From Longimicrobiales bacterium (GTDB lineage: Bacteria > Gemmatimonadota > Gemmatimonadetes > Longimicrobiales > Gaopeijiaceae), in the NCBI GenBank assembly GCA_965219445.1, contig CBDCNQ010000005.1:640001-704000 (forward strand): a stretch of DNA of 64,000 nt, read 5' to 3'. Under the pieces are notes generated by a model, which was not told where the DNA came from, searched no databases, and worked only from the letters and a program-made list of their open reading frames with translations. Both the position numbers and the translations under genes were made by a program. Below, one piece after another: positions 37,710 to 49,424 of the stretch. Position 1 is the stretch's first letter, and each line of letters opens with the position of its first letter.

Positions 37710-38587
37710 CCGAATGCCAATCCCGCGGCCAAGAGCACGCCGTAAAGCCCAACCACACGGGCGGTGCCCGCCAGCGCTGGGATCAACTCTCTTGGGTCGT
37801 CCGTGGCCATGATGAGGGTCACCGGCGAGACGGAGGCCGCCCCCGCAACGAGGGCGATCAGCGCCGCCGGGGGCCACTGGTACAAGCCCACACCCAGCAC
37901 CGGAATGGTGAACCCGAACGCCATAAGGAAAGCGTACTCAACCCGGCTCCCATTTCGGCCCAACCGAACGGCCAGGGTACGTTTACCGGACGAGGCGTCC
38001 GTTTCGAGATCCCTGATGTTGTTGGCCACCAGAATCGCCGTACTCAGCGCGCCCATACCGGCCCCTGCCACGAGCACATCCCCGGTGACGACAAGCGCCT
38101 GCACCCAGTACGTCCCGCCGACTGCGATAAGACCGAAGAATACGAAAACGAACGGATCGCCCAGGCCGTGATAAGCGAGCGGATAGGGTCCGCCGGTGTA
38201 GGCGACCGCACACAGGAGCGACGCGAGACCGATCCACACGATCGGCCACCCGCCCACGAACACCAGGTAGACGCCGACCGCAGCGGCGGCGGCAAGCACC
38301 AATACCATACCGCGCCACACGTGCTCAGCGGGAATGAGCCCCGCCTGCGTCACACGCACCGGGCCGACCCGGTTCGGTGGATCGCCCCCCCGCATGAAGT
38401 CGTAATAGTCGTTAGCGAAGTTGGTCCCGATCTGGATGAGAATAGCCCCGGCAAGAGCCGCTACCACCGGGAGTAGAGCGAAGGTCTCGTGCGCATCCGC
38501 CAAGCCGGCTCCGACGAACACTGGAGCGGCGGCGGCGGTCAGTGTCTTGGGTCGCGCGGCCTGAATCCAGTGGGAGACAGCCATCAC
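37706..38587 (-). CDS. menA: DHNA polyprenyltransferase
   Basis: ARPKTL, NDYYD, NNIRD..TD...GKRTL. Confidence 0.93.
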   Translation of the reverse strand: MMAVSHWIQAARPKTLTAAAAPVFVGAGLADAHETFALLPVVAALAGAILIQIGTNFANDYYDFMRGGDPPNRVGPVRVTQAGLIPAEHVWRGMVLVLAAAAAVGVYLVFVGGWPIVWIGLASLLCAVAYTGGPYPLAYHGLGDPFVFVFFGLIAVGGTYWVQALVVTGDVLVAGAGMGALSTAILVANNIRDLETDASSGKRTLAVRLGRNGSRVEYAFLMAFGFTIPVLGVGLYQWPPAALIALVAGAASVSPVTLIMATDDPRELIPALAGTARVVGLYGVLLAAGLAFG

Positions 38588-38597
38588 GGGAGGGATC

Positions 38598-38677
38598 GCA
38601 TCCGGGGCGGCATCGGGTAGCGCGTCGGGTAGCGCGTGGGGTAGCGCATCGGCGACAGCATCAGGGAGGGCATCGGG
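38598..38677. repeat. Degenerate 12-bp tandem repeat, about 7 units
   Basis: GCRTCGGGTAGC-like units between menB and menA. Confidence 0.8.
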
Positions 38678-38688
38678 ACGTCACGTCC

Positions 38689-39528
38689 CTACCAGGGCAA
38701 CCATGGGAATTTGCTGAAATCCGGTTCGCGCTTCTCCAGATAGGCGTTCTTCGCCTCCTTCGCTTCTTCCGTCATGTAGAAGAGGAGCGTTGCGTTCCCG
38801 GCGAGTTCCTGAATTCCAGCCTGCCCATCGACGTCGGCGTTGAACGCGGACTTGAGCACGCGGATCGCCAGCGGGCTCTTCTCGAGGATCTCCTGAGCCC
38901 ATTTCCAGCCCTCCGCCTCGAGCTCGTCCACCGGCACCACGGCATTGACCATGCCCATCTCGAGCGCCTCTTCGGCACTGTATTGACGGCACAAGTACCA
39001 GATCTCCCGTGCCTTCTTCTGACCCACCATGCGCGCCAGGAAAGACGAGCCGAAGCCGCCGTCGAAGCTACCGACCTTGGGACCCGTCTGGCCAAAGACG
39101 GCGTTGTCGGCAGCGAGCGTGAGGTCGCATACGACGTGCAACACGTGGCCGCCACCGATCGCGTACCCCGCCACCAGGCAGATGACGGGTTTGGGCATAC
39201 TCCGGATGTAGCGCTGGAGCTCCAGTACGTTGAGGCGCGGCACACCGTCGCGCCCTACGTAACCCCCATCACCGCGTACCCTCTGGTCTCCCCCGGAGCA
39301 GAACGCGTACCCGCCGTCCTCCGCCGGTCCCTCCCCAGTGAACAGCACGACCCCGATGCGTATGTCCTCTCCGGCGTTCCTGAACGCCTCCTGCAGCTCC
39401 AACAGCGTCTCTGGCCGGAAGGCATTCCGCACCCGAGGGCGATTGATGGCTATACGGGCCACCCCCTCCGCCTTCTTGTACGTGATGTCCTCGTATTCCT
39501 TGACGACTTCCCACTGCGGCTCGCTCAT
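38689..39528 (-). CDS. menB: DHNA-CoA synthase
   Basis: [23 protein letters not shown]. Confidence 0.96.
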   Translation of the reverse strand: MSEPQWEVVKEYEDITYKKAEGVARIAINRPRVRNAFRPETLLELQEAFRNAGEDIRIGVVLFTGEGPAEDGGYAFCSGGDQRVRGDGGYVGRDGVPRLNVLELQRYIRSMPKPVICLVAGYAIGGGHVLHVVCDLTLAADNAVFGQTGPKVGSFDGGFGSSFLARMVGQKKAREIWYLCRQYSAEEALEMGMVNAVVPVDELEAEGWKWAQEILEKSPLAIRVLKSAFNADVDGQAGIQELAGNATLLFYMTEEAKEAKNAYLEKREPDFSKFPWLPW

Positions 39529-39652
39529 GGTCTCGCCCCGCCTATGTGTAGTGTCGCAGAAGTGTCTCGGCCATTGATCTCGTTGCGCTCGATCGTCTCG
39601 TAACCCGGCAGCCACGACGAGCATGAGGGCGCTCGGCTCGAACACCGATGCG

Positions 39653-41503
39653 TTACAATAGCGTCCCAACGGCTTGGCGCACGGCCTCGACGACCGCTTG
39701 GCGGGCGTGCTGGTTCTGGTCGCGATCGCTTCGAACCTCCAAGATTCGCGGTCCTGCACACGCGAGGACGTCCCCGAGCGCGTCTGCCGCATCGTTCGGA
39801 TGGTCCACGCAGCGGTAGGAGATCCCATACAGATCGGCCACATGGCGAAAATCGAGCCCATGCGGAGTCGCAAAATACCTCGTGAATTCGGGCTCGTGAT
39901 CCCGGATGGGGAGCATATGGAAGATGCCCCCACCGTCGTTGTTGATCACGACGAACACGATGTCCAGCCGATATTTGGCGACGGCGAGGAGTCCGTTCAT
40001 GTCGTGGTAGAAGGCGACATCTCCCACGATGGCGACGATCGGCGACCGCCCTTCACCCGCCGCGGCCATCCCTCCCACAGTGGACACGATCCCGTCGATT
40101 CCGCTGGCTCCCCGGTTGCCGTATACGCGAAGAGCCTTCCCTCCCCCGCCGAACGCGTCCAGATCCCGGACCGGCATGGAATTGGACACGAACAGCGTCG
40201 TGCCCTCCGGGACCCCGGAGACAACGGTGGCCAAGACGGCACCCTCGCCGGGCTCGCCGGCTTCGGAGGTCCGAAAATCACAGACCGCCTGCTTCGCGGC
40301 CTGATCGATCCGTCTCCACTGCTCGCACCATGACGGAGGTGCTCCCGACGTACGCAGTGTATTCGTCACGGCCTGGATGAAGGGCGCCTCCTCCGCGCGT
40401 ACGTTGAGCGAGGCTACGCCGAGATGATCCTTCCAGCGATGTCCCGACGTGACTCTCACCTGGGGCACATCCACGAGCTCGCCCAGGAAATCCAGGAGCG
40501 AAGCGGACACCGGTGCGCCCCCGATGCGGATGGCAACGTCGGGCTTGAGTGTCTCTCGAAGATCTCCGCGGGGAGACGATGACTCGAGCCCAGACGATGC
40601 CTCGGGCCCGGACTGGTCCCGTGGCAATGGGTTCTGAAGAAAGAGGTCGTAGGCCGTCACGGCGTGCTCCACGCAGTCCCCGCTGAAACGGGCACCGGAG
40701 AGAGGATCGCCGAGCACGGGAAATCCGGTGGCACGGGCCAGCTCCCCGACGGCCGGCCCTACGGCCTCGGGATCGGCAACCGGCCCCACGACGATCAACC
40801 CACGCGAGCCCTCCGCCAAGGCGACCGCAACCGCGCGCACATCGTCCTCGGCGGGGCCGGCTCCGCCCCCCTCATCAACCGGAGCTACGGGCATGCCATC
40901 CGGGTGCCCGTCCAGTCCGACGGGATCCCTCTCACGGAGATTCGCTGCCCGCTCCGCAGTGAGTTCGGCTGGCTCCAGAGGCTTGTCGAGCGGAAAATTC
41001 ACATGGACGGGGCCGGGATCCATCCCCAACGTCGCGGCGACGGCCTTGCGCGTGAGCGATCGCACGCCCAGGAAATCATCCGCCGAGGGCTCGCCGGCAT
41101 CGAGGCTCTCCCTGACGAACGACCCGTAAAGGCCGGACTGGTCGATCGTCTGGTTCGCGTCGGTCCCCCGGAGCCGATGCGGTCGGTCCGCGGTGAGCAC
41201 AAGCAAGGGCACTCCAGCCTCTGACGCCTCGATCACTGCGGGGAAAAGGTTTGCGGTGGCGGTCCCGGACGTCGTGATCACAGCCGCCGGACGCCGAGTG
41301 GCCTTCCCGAGTCCAAGGGCGAAAAACCCGGCGCACCGCTCATCCAGATGGACCCACGTCCTGATCCCATCTTCCCTCGCACACGCCATAACCAGCGGTG
41401 TCGATCTGGACCCGGGGGCGATGCAGACATGTTCGACGCCCCCGCGAACCAACTCATCGGTGAAGGCCCTGACCCAGGCGGTCGTGACCGCCGGGTCGGT
41501 CAT
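39653..41503 (-). CDS. menD: SEPHCHC synthase
   Basis: [42 protein letters not shown]. Confidence 0.95.
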   Translation of the reverse strand: MTDPAVTTAWVRAFTDELVRGGVEHVCIAPGSRSTPLVMACAREDGIRTWVHLDERCAGFFALGLGKATRRPAAVITTSGTATANLFPAVIEASEAGVPLLVLTADRPHRLRGTDANQTIDQSGLYGSFVRESLDAGEPSADDFLGVRSLTRKAVAATLGMDPGPVHVNFPLDKPLEPAELTAERAANLRERDPVGLDGHPDGMPVAPVDEGGGAGPAEDDVRAVAVALAEGSRGLIVVGPVADPEAVGPAVGELARATGFPVLGDPLSGARFSGDCVEHAVTAYDLFLQNPLPRDQSGPEASSGLESSSPRGDLRETLKPDVAIRIGGAPVSASLLDFLGELVDVPQVRVTSGHRWKDHLGVASLNVRAEEAPFIQAVTNTLRTSGAPPSWCEQWRRIDQAAKQAVCDFRTSEAGEPGEGAVLATVVSGVPEGTTLFVSNSMPVRDLDAFGGGGKALRVYGNRGASGIDGIVSTVGGMAAAGEGRSPIVAIVGDVAFYHDMNGLLAVAKYRLDIVFVVINNDGGGIFHMLPIRDHEPEFTRYFATPHGLDFRHVADLYGISYRCVDHPNDAADALGDVLACAGPRILEVRSDRDQNQHARQAVVEAVRQAVGTLL

Positions 41504-42900
41504 CGTGCTCCGCTCGCCGCGAGGGCCCTCAACATTGGCTCGAACTTGATGCTCGTTTCGTCCCATTCGAGGCGGGGATCAGAGCCCTCCACGATTCCTG
41601 CCCCAGCAAAAAGTCTCCACCGGAGGTCCTGGACCACCGCACAGCGAAGCGCCGGTACGAACACGCCGTTCCCGTCCAGATCGAACCATCCCACCGGGCC
41701 CGCGTACCAACCGCGCTCGAAAGGCTCTTCTTTCCCGAGGAACTCCAACGCAGCGTCCCGAGGAAGGCCGCACACGGCCGGCGTGGGGTGGAGCGCTTCG
41801 AGCACCGTGAGGGCCGACGTGCCCTCGGGAAGCCGAGCCCGGATCTCTGTCTCGAGGTGCTGAAGCCGGGCTAGCGTAAGCACGTGCGGCTCCGGCTGCG
41901 CGCGGATTTCCTCGGCCAGCGGGCCTAGCCGAGCGACCATGTCTTCGAGGGCGATGCGCTGCTCGACGCACTCTTTCTCACTGGCCAGCAGCTGTTCCGC
42001 CAAGCGCTTCTGCTCGCTTGCCGTCTCCCCACGTGCCACCGTGCCCGCGACCGCCGTGGCATGGAAATGGCCACCCGAGAGCGTGGTCACGGTTTCCGGC
42101 GCAGCGCCGAGAAATGCGCATCCGTCCTCCGGTTCGAAGTAGAATACGTGACTGGCACCGTTTCCCGTCCACAGATGATGGACGACTTCGATCGGATCCA
42201 GGCGGCCCTGAGTGATCACATCGAGGGTTCGAGCGAGAACGACCTTTGAGACTCGCCCCTCGTCGATCGCCGCCAGGGCATCCGTCACGGCGGCGTCCCA
42301 GCCCGCACGCTCGGATTCGGCTCGAGTGAAGGGAACGAGAGGCGAGGACGCCTCCACGGATCCACCGGAATCGCCACACCCTTCCCCCGCCGGCTCCGCG
42401 AGCTCTCGGGAAAGCCGCCCCGCATGTGTCAGTAGACGGGTCAGAATCGATTCGGCCCCGTTGCGCTCCGGGTCGACCAGGATCCGCACGGTCAAGACAG
42501 GGTCTTCTCCCGAAACCCTCTGGAGTTCGAGCGCCGGAACGTGGAAGAGGGCCGGCGGAAATCCCGCCCAAAGATCTTCCGTCGCATATTCTGGGCGAAA
42601 CGCGAAGCCGCCAAAAAACCTCACTCCAGGGGCGTCGCCCACGCCCCCTGCGGAGCCGGGAGCGAAGAGGTCCATGGCGTTCGTCTCGACCCCGGAGAAC
42701 GGTCCTCCCGGGTGAGCCCCCTCGGCAGTCACCGTCGCCAGAGCCCCCGCGTGGGCGATCCAGCCATCGGACCGCGCCCAAAACCCCCGAGGCCCACCGC
42801 CGGCACGCCGAAGAAAGCGCATCGGATCGGCACCAGTGGCGGGAGCGGTCACAGCCAGCACTCGCGCCTGTGCAATCGCAGCGGTGTTCGCCGGGTTCAT
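41500..42900 (-). CDS. menF: Isochorismate synthase
   Basis: KVVLAR, AVAGT, LHPTPAVCG, RGWYAG, FAGAGIV. Confidence 0.9.
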   Translation of the reverse strand: MNPANTAAIAQARVLAVTAPATGADPMRFLRRAGGGPRGFWARSDGWIAHAGALATVTAEGAHPGGPFSGVETNAMDLFAPGSAGGVGDAPGVRFFGGFAFRPEYATEDLWAGFPPALFHVPALELQRVSGEDPVLTVRILVDPERNGAESILTRLLTHAGRLSRELAEPAGEGCGDSGGSVEASSPLVPFTRAESERAGWDAAVTDALAAIDEGRVSKVVLARTLDVITQGRLDPIEVVHHLWTGNGASHVFYFEPEDGCAFLGAAPETVTTLSGGHFHATAVAGTVARGETASEQKRLAEQLLASEKECVEQRIALEDMVARLGPLAEEIRAQPEPHVLTLARLQHLETEIRARLPEGTSALTVLEALHPTPAVCGLPRDAALEFLGKEEPFERGWYAGPVGWFDLDGNGVFVPALRCAVVQDLRWRLFAGAGIVEGSDPRLEWDETSIKFEPMLRALAASGAR

Positions 42901-43590
42901 GGCTCCGGGGTTTCGGACAGGCGTGCAGCTTCCCGGTCCTTCGGTGGGCTCACGCCAACGTTCTTACGCAGAGCCAATATATGGGAATCAGGCGGATGAC
43001 CAAGAACCGAAGGGCTTGCGCCACCGCCTCCTCCGCTATTAACGAAGTGAAGCCGGATTCAGTCTCGAGCAGTCGTTTTCGCTGGCGCCGGGTATCAAGC
43101 TGGCGTTGGTTCTCAGGTCCACGAGCGTTGGTCTATGGTTGAAGAAACCTCACTGGAGAGATTACCCATTTCCGCCGTGGCAATCCTCGTGCTGCTTGCC
43201 CTGCTCGGGCCGCCTCGGTTGGGGGCCCAGGAACCCCCTCAGCCCACACAGGAGCCGGAGGACACCGTGCTGGTGCCTGTCGGCCCGGTGCAGCCAGATA
43301 TCGAGGTGCCCAGGAGGTTGACCGAGTGTTGAGGGCTCAATCCCCTCATCCGTTCCCGTCGATGCCTCAAGCGCAAGCGCACAACCGGAAGCCGATTGAC
43401 GCGCAGCAGAAAAACATATCCGTTAGAGGGCAACGCGGATCGGTCTCGGGTACGCGTCAGGAGTCGTGAATACGTGACATATCTTCCGGCCGAACCATCG
43501 CTAGTGGCTTTGGATCCCATGGTGAACCCAACTGAAGGCCCTCTCAGGCGTCTTGTCGGTGAGGTCTGTAGCCGGCTGAAGACGGCCAGC

Positions 43591-44658
43591 ATGCTGAAGT
43601 TGCTGGTCTGTTTCGTGGTGACCCCGTGGTCAGCGGTCGCGCAGAATCGGCCGGATGACATCATGGAGATCTACGTGATCGACGTGGAGGGAGGGGCAGC
43701 CACGCTGTTCGTAGCGCCGTCGGGTGAGTCGATGCTCGTCGATACCGGGTGGCCGGGCCTTAATGGGCGAGACGCTGACCGTATCGCTTCGGCTGCCGAG
43801 CAGGCAGGCGTGACCCGAATCAACTACTTGATCGTGACCCACTTCCACACAGACCACATGGGTGGTGCGGCGCAACTCGCGGACAGACTCCCAATTCTGC
43901 AATTCCTTGACCATGGTACAACCGTCGACCAGGGAAACCGCGCCAGAGCGGGCTTTCAGACCTACGTGAATCTCCGGAACGGCGGAACGCACCGGGTGGT
44001 GACACCTGGCGACCCCGTTCCGGTCGCGGGATTGGACGTCCGAATCATCGCGTCCCACGGCACGGTTCTGACCACTCCGCTACCGAACGCCGGCGACACG
44101 AATCCCTTCTGCGACGGCTTCATGTTCCACGGGGACGACATCACGAGCCGGGGGGGCGACGCGGAAGACCAACGGTCGGTGAGTGCGGTCGTCAGCTTCG
44201 GAGAATTCCGCACGATCATCATGGGCGATCTGACGTGGAACAAGGAACACACGCTGATGTGCCCGGACAACAAGGTTGGCACGGTGGATCTCTACCTCGT
44301 GTCGCACCATGGCTCCGACACTTCGGGCTCGGAGGCGCTCGTCCATGCGCTGCAGCCCCGGGCCGCCATCATGAACAACGGACCGCGCAAGGGGGGTGCC
44401 GTCCAGACCTTCCAGATCCTCCAAGCCGCGACAAGCCTTGAACACCTATGGCAGAATCACTACTCCGTGGCTGCCGGCGACGAATACAACATGCCCGAGC
44501 GTTTCATCGCGAACCTGCAGGTTGGAACGGGACCGCCGGAGGCCCCAGCTGTACACATGGGCGAGGCGAACTGGATCAAGGTCTCGGCGCGGCGCGACGG
44601 GGCCTTCACGGTGACGAACAGCCGTAACGGATTCAGTCGGAGCTATCGGCCGAACTGA
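43591..44658 (+). CDS. Secreted MBL-fold hydrolase (ComEC/Rec2-like)
   Basis: IDVEGG, DTG, THFHTDH.GG, GD, SHHG. Confidence 0.85.
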   Translation: MLKLLVCFVVTPWSAVAQNRPDDIMEIYVIDVEGGAATLFVAPSGESMLVDTGWPGLNGRDADRIASAAEQAGVTRINYLIVTHFHTDHMGGAAQLADRLPILQFLDHGTTVDQGNRARAGFQTYVNLRNGGTHRVVTPGDPVPVAGLDVRIIASHGTVLTTPLPNAGDTNPFCDGFMFHGDDITSRGGDAEDQRSVSAVVSFGEFRTIIMGDLTWNKEHTLMCPDNKVGTVDLYLVSHHGSDTSGSEALVHALQPRAAIMNNGPRKGGAVQTFQILQAATSLEHLWQNHYSVAAGDEYNMPERFIANLQVGTGPPEAPAVHMGEANWIKVSARRDGAFTVTNSRNGFSRSYRPN

Positions 44659-44716
44659 CTGTCGCCTGCTCGACTCCTCCCATGTCAGCGCCTGCGCGGC
44701 ACAGCCATGTGACGTC

Positions 44717-44745
44717 TTGACGCTATGACGTTGTGGAGTCATATT
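44717..44745 (+). promoter_or_regulatory. Sigma70 promoter of the TA pair
   Basis: TTGACG-17 nt-CATATT, 6 nt before the ATG; three TGACG repeats at 8-bp period overlap it. Confidence 0.65.
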
Positions 44746-44751
44746 GCGAGC

Positions 44752-44985
44752 ATGAGCGAAGATACACGCCGCACCACAGTCTATTTTGACCCGTCGATTC
44801 ATCGTGCCCTCCGCCTGAAGGCGGCAGAGACCGATCAAAGCTTTTCGGAACTCGTCAACATGGCGGTTCGCGAGAGCCTCTCGGAAGACGTCACCGATTT
44901 GGAGGCGTTCGAATCCAGAACCTCTGAACCCAACGTCTCGTTCGAGAGCGTCGTCAAGGACTTGAGGCGCAGTGGAAAGCTATGA
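44752..44985 (+). CDS. CopG/RHH antitoxin
   Basis: RTTVYFD...HRALRLKAA...S.SELVN.AVR. Confidence 0.8.
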   Translation: MSEDTRRTTVYFDPSIHRALRLKAAETDQSFSELVNMAVRESLSEDVTDLEAFESRTSEPNVSFESVVKDLRRSGKL

Positions 44986-45232
44986 GCTTTTCATCAAGCC
45001 CTCCGCGGCGAAAGAGCTCGAGGCAGTGGGCCGAAAATCGGATCGCACGCGGATCGTCGACCAGATCTACACGTTGAAGGACGATCCGCGACCTCAGGGG
45101 TGCGAGAAACTCACGGGCCAGGATCGTTACCGAGTCCGCCAGGGCCAGTTCCGGATTCTCTACGTTGTCGACGATAATGAATGCGTTGTCACGGTGGTCA
45201 AGATCGGTCATCGGCGCGACGTCTACCGATAG
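44972..45232 (+). CDS. relE: RelE/ParE family toxin
   Basis: PRP.GC.KL.G...[19 protein letters not shown]. Confidence 0.9.
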   Translation: MESYELFIKPSAAKELEAVGRKSDRTRIVDQIYTLKDDPRPQGCEKLTGQDRYRVRQGQFRILYVVDDNECVVTVVKIGHRRDVYR

Positions 45233-45360
45233 CGATTGCTGCAGTCGCGGTAGGCTTTCAGGCTCGCGCGCTTCGCTCGCGGAGGGCATCTTGGACGCTC
45301 AGCAGAATCGCAGAGACGTTAGATGGCCTATCTATATGCCCTGACAGTGGGACGGGATCT

Positions 45361-45828
45361 ATGCCGAAGGTTGTTCCGAAACGTGTGACAGCTGAGATCG
45401 AAGGTGACTTTGTCGTCTTCCTCATCGGGATGCGAATCAACAAGCCCTGGAAGATCCACAAGTGGCTCCCCGTCTTCCGTGCGATGCCCAGAATGATCCG
45501 CGAGCTTCAGCAGCGTCCTGACTCAGGGTTCCTCGGCCATATCATGAGCTTCGGCGTAATTGTGCAGTACTGGCGAACCTTTGACGATTTAGAGTCCTAC
45601 GCCCGGAGCGCCGACCAACTGCACTGGCCAGCTTGGGTCGACTTCAACAAGCGCATCGGCGGGAGTCGTGGCGACGTGGGTATCTGGCACGAGACGTACC
45701 GAGTCCGCGCCGGGGAGTACGAGTGCGTGTACAGCGGAATGCCACCCCATGGTCTGGCGAAGGCGAGCGTAACAACGGACGCTGTGGGAGAACTCGAATC
45801 GGCGCGGGGTAGGATCGAGAGTAACTGA
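45361..45828 (+). CDS. DUF4188 family protein
   Basis: [26 protein letters not shown]. Confidence 0.85.
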   Translation: MPKVVPKRVTAEIEGDFVVFLIGMRINKPWKIHKWLPVFRAMPRMIRELQQRPDSGFLGHIMSFGVIVQYWRTFDDLESYARSADQLHWPAWVDFNKRIGGSRGDVGIWHETYRVRAGEYECVYSGMPPHGLAKASVTTDAVGELESARGRIESN

Positions 45829-46004
45829 GACGCTAGGGCGGGCCATCTAGGCATCAGGCTCGCACGCTACGCCCGCGGTCACCACATTAGCCGCGCAAGT
45901 TGCGGCTCGAAGAGGGCGACGTCCTAGGTGCGCCCCAGGCGGAGTTTACAGCCAATCTGACTGCCATCGAGCGTGTGATTGCCTTCCACACGCGACACCG
46001 TGAG

Positions 46005-47381
46005 CTAGCCCGCGGGCGGGATGTTCTGGTTCATCCGGAAAAGGTTGTCCGGGTCGTACTTCTTCTTGATGTCGGCGAGCCGCGTGTAGGTGGCGCCGTA
46101 GTTCTTCTCGGCGTTGTCCGCGTCCTCGGCCGACTGGAAGTTGATATAGCCGCCCTCGCGCGAGAGCGGCGCCGTGGCCACGTAGTAGTCCCGCACCCAC
46201 TTGGTGTTGGCCTCGTTGTCCTTCGGCTCGGGCCACATGCCGGCAATGACCGTGGAGAAGTTGGCGTCGCGGTTTCCGAACGCGGTCGCGTCGGCCTCCA
46301 CGTCATGGACGGCGCCGTTGATCGCATGGATGTGCATCGTCGACTCGACCACCGGCACCTTGGGGCCGTGCTCGAGGTGTACGTCGATGAGATCGTCGCT
46401 CAGCTCCTCCACGAAGTTCGCCTTCCAGTAGTGCTGCAGGCCCGGGGGGAGGAGCGCATCGAAGGCCGAGTTGAGCGCCGGGTACGGCACGGGGCCGACG
46501 CCGTGAGCCACGACCGGAGCGGCATCCATTAGTGGCTTGAAGGCCGCCTCTCCCTGCTCCAGGGGCCCCGCCCAGCAGGCGACGATGACGCACATGGTCT
46601 CGCCGTGGCGGTCTTCCGGGATGAACGGGAGCGGCGGAGCGATCTGCCATCCGAAGATCGCGCCGAGCTCCCTCGGCGCGTCGGCGATGTAGGTCCCATA
46701 GGCTTGCAGGACGTCTCGCGCCCGCGCCGCCTGGAAGAAGATCGGACCGCCGTGGACCACGCTGACCGGGTGCAAGCGGAACTCGAAGTCGGTGACGACA
46801 CCGAAGTTGCCGCCGCCACCGCGAAGCGCCCAGAAGAGGTCGGCGTTGTCGTCTTCGCTCGCGTGCACGAGCTCACCGTTCGCGGTCACGACGTCGGCGG
46901 AGATGAGATTGTCGATCGACAGCCCGTGCCCGCGCGTGAGGTACCCGATGCCGCCGCCGAGGGTGAGACCGCCGATGCCGGTCGTCGACACGACGCCGCC
47001 CACGGTGGCCAGACCGAACGGGTGGGTCGCGTAGTCGAGGTCGCCCCATTGGCAGCCGCCCTGGGCGCGGACGGACTTGTTCCCCGGATTGACGCGCGTC
47101 CCCCGCATCGACGACAGGTCGAGGACCACGCCGCCGTCGTTCGTTCCGAACCCGGGCACGCTGTGCGAGCCACCTCGGATCGACAGGTCCGCGCCGGTCT
47201 CCCCGGCGAACCGGACGACGGATATGACATCCGCCTGGTCCGAAGCACGGACGATCGCCATCGGGCGCTTGTCGATCATCCCGTTGTAGACCCTGCGCGC
47301 CTCTTCGTAACGGTCATCGTTTTCGTTGATGACCTCTCCGCGCACCTGCTCGCTCAGACTCTCGATCGTCGCTTTGCTCAT
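46005..47381 (-). CDS. FAD-linked oxidoreductase (BBE-like)
   Basis: RGGSHS, GLTLGGGIG, LFWALRGGGGNFG, KYDP.N.F. Confidence 0.92.
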   Translation of the reverse strand: MSKATIESLSEQVRGEVINENDDRYEEARRVYNGMIDKRPMAIVRASDQADVISVVRFAGETGADLSIRGGSHSVPGFGTNDGGVVLDLSSMRGTRVNPGNKSVRAQGGCQWGDLDYATHPFGLATVGGVVSTTGIGGLTLGGGIGYLTRGHGLSIDNLISADVVTANGELVHASEDDNADLFWALRGGGGNFGVVTDFEFRLHPVSVVHGGPIFFQAARARDVLQAYGTYIADAPRELGAIFGWQIAPPLPFIPEDRHGETMCVIVACWAGPLEQGEAAFKPLMDAAPVVAHGVGPVPYPALNSAFDALLPPGLQHYWKANFVEELSDDLIDVHLEHGPKVPVVESTMHIHAINGAVHDVEADATAFGNRDANFSTVIAGMWPEPKDNEANTKWVRDYYVATAPLSREGGYINFQSAEDADNAEKNYGATYTRLADIKKKYDPDNLFRMNQNIPPAG

Positions 47382-47556
47382 TATCTTTCTCCTCGGAAGA
47401 GCCGGCGAAGCTTGCGTAGGGGGAGCGGGATACGCAAGAGTCCCTCTCGACAATGGAACCGAAGCTCACCCACCTCGCCATGCACGCGAGCGAATAGGCG
47501 GTAGAGGCACGCCACTCATCGACCGAGATCCAATAACCGACAAGGACGACCGATCC

Positions 47557-48258
47557 TCAAAAAGGATTCGTCGCAAACACTGAGAATTCCGGAATGAAGC
47601 CCCGGTGATCCACTTTGAGCGCTCCAAGGATCGCGGTGGCGATTTCCTGAGGCCGCAGTTTCTTGTCGGAAATCTCCCGCTCGACACCCGCTTTTTCCGC
47701 AAAGTTGGTCATGACTTCGCTCGGGTTCACCAACATGACTCGCACGTTGTGACGTCGAAGCTCATCGCGCCAACATTCCGTCATACCACGCAAGGCAAAC
47801 TTCGAGGAACCGTAAGCGGTGCGCCCGCCGCTCCCCTTGAGGCCTGAGGTAGAGGATATGTTAATCATCTCGCCACTACCTTGCTTGATGAACTGCCGAG
47901 CCGCTTCTCGCGCCATGAGGAATGGGCCGAACACGTTAGTCTGGAACATGCCCTCCAACTCTTCGAGCGTCGTGTCAACCAAGGGTTTGAAGAGGCCATA
48001 ACCGGCGTTGTTGACCAAAATATCGAGCCGCCCATGCTTTTCGATCACGGAACTCACGGTGCGGACCGCATCCGCCTCGTTCCCCACGTCGCCCACTATC
48101 CAATCCAGTCCCAGCTCCTGGGCGGCGTCGCGAACGGCATCTTCACGACGGCCTGTAATGGTGACTCTGCTATCCTCACTCTTCAGCGCTTCGGCAATGG
48201 CACGGCCGATCCCCTCGCTGCCACCGGTCACCAGCGCAACTGTATCTCCGAGTTCCAC
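47557..48258 (-). CDS. Short-chain dehydrogenase/reductase
   Basis: TGGSEGIG, NNAG, YGSSK. Confidence 0.92.
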   Translation of the reverse strand: MELGDTVALVTGGSEGIGRAIAEALKSEDSRVTITGRREDAVRDAAQELGLDWIVGDVGNEADAVRTVSSVIEKHGRLDILVNNAGYGLFKPLVDTTLEELEGMFQTNVFGPFLMAREAARQFIKQGSGEMINISSTSGLKGSGGRTAYGSSKFALRGMTECWRDELRRHNVRVMLVNPSEVMTNFAEKAGVEREISDKKLRPQEIATAILGALKVDHRGFIPEFSVFATNPF

Positions 48259-48510
48259 AGGAATCTCCCGAGTATGAGATTTCAATAATCTGCCTCGCTC
48301 CGGCAACGACCTTCGTCCTTCCCGGAATTCCGGGGGGACAGTTTACTCCAGTCGCGGAGCTGGTGCACGCTCTGGAGTCGGCGTTTCACCTAATCCGGTT
48401 ACGGACGCGGAAAGATCGAGAGGCTCGCGCACTTCACTCGCCGTCTGCACATTACAGATCTCGGTGCCGCCGCTGAGTTGGAATCTGACTGAAACCAGAT
48501 CGTCAAATGC

Positions 48511-49390
48511 GATGAACGAGATGCGCCCGCCCGTGCTGATCTTGATGCTGCTCGTCGCGTGTGCGCCAGCTACGCGCGGTGCGGGCACCCGAACCCCGGG
48601 AAACTGTGCGTGGCGGGTGTGCGTCACGTCCGTGAACACCCCCTCAGGCCGAGCCTATCAGGCTGTGAATCGGGAACCGGTGCCAGCCACAATCGTGCTG
48701 ACCTTCCGGTCCCCGGGGAACCTACGCGCCGGCGCGGATCTTCCAATCGAGCGGGTGGTGCCACCGGAATCGACAACGATCCTGGTCCGCCTCCGCCAGA
48801 TCGTTCAGACTGAAGCAGCCCGTCCGAGGGTAACGATCGGGATCGACCTAGGTTCCAGCTCCACCCAGCCGGACGCCGATCACCTTTACGCGGTACCGTT
48901 CGGTGGAGACTCTCGTCGAGAGTTGAGCCAAGGTTTCGGCGGAGCTGGGTCACACTTGGGCGACATGAGCTACTCCCTCGACTTTCTGATGCCGGAGGGC
49001 ACGCCGGTTCTTGCGGCCCGTGCGGGAACCGTGCTCTACCTGCAAGACGGGTTTACAGAGGGCCGGGCGGATCCGAACCTTCTGGAGCGGGCCAATCTGG
49101 TAGTGGTGGCGCATCGCGACGGTACTATGGCTTCCTACGGTCATCTCACCGCCGGAATTCCAGTGTCAGTCGGTGACGCCGTGGGCGAGGGGGATGTGCT
49201 GGGCTGGAGCGGCGCAACCGGCTTCGCGGGCCGACCGCATCTCCATTTCCATGTGGGTCTACGGATGCTGGGGGCCCCGGGGCGTAGCATTCCTATACAG
49301 CTGAGAGACCGTGAGGGGCACATCCTCGATTTGGCCGTTGGATCTTTGATCGAACCTGCTCGGGCGAATTCGGGAGAGACCCGGAAGTAA
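48511..49390 (+). CDS. M23 family peptidase, probable lipoprotein
   Basis: H...D (SH...SLDF), YGHL, PHLHF; LVAC lipobox. Confidence 0.85.
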
Positions 49391-49424
49391 TCTGCTCGCT
49401 TCTTCTTCACGCGAGGACAGATCC

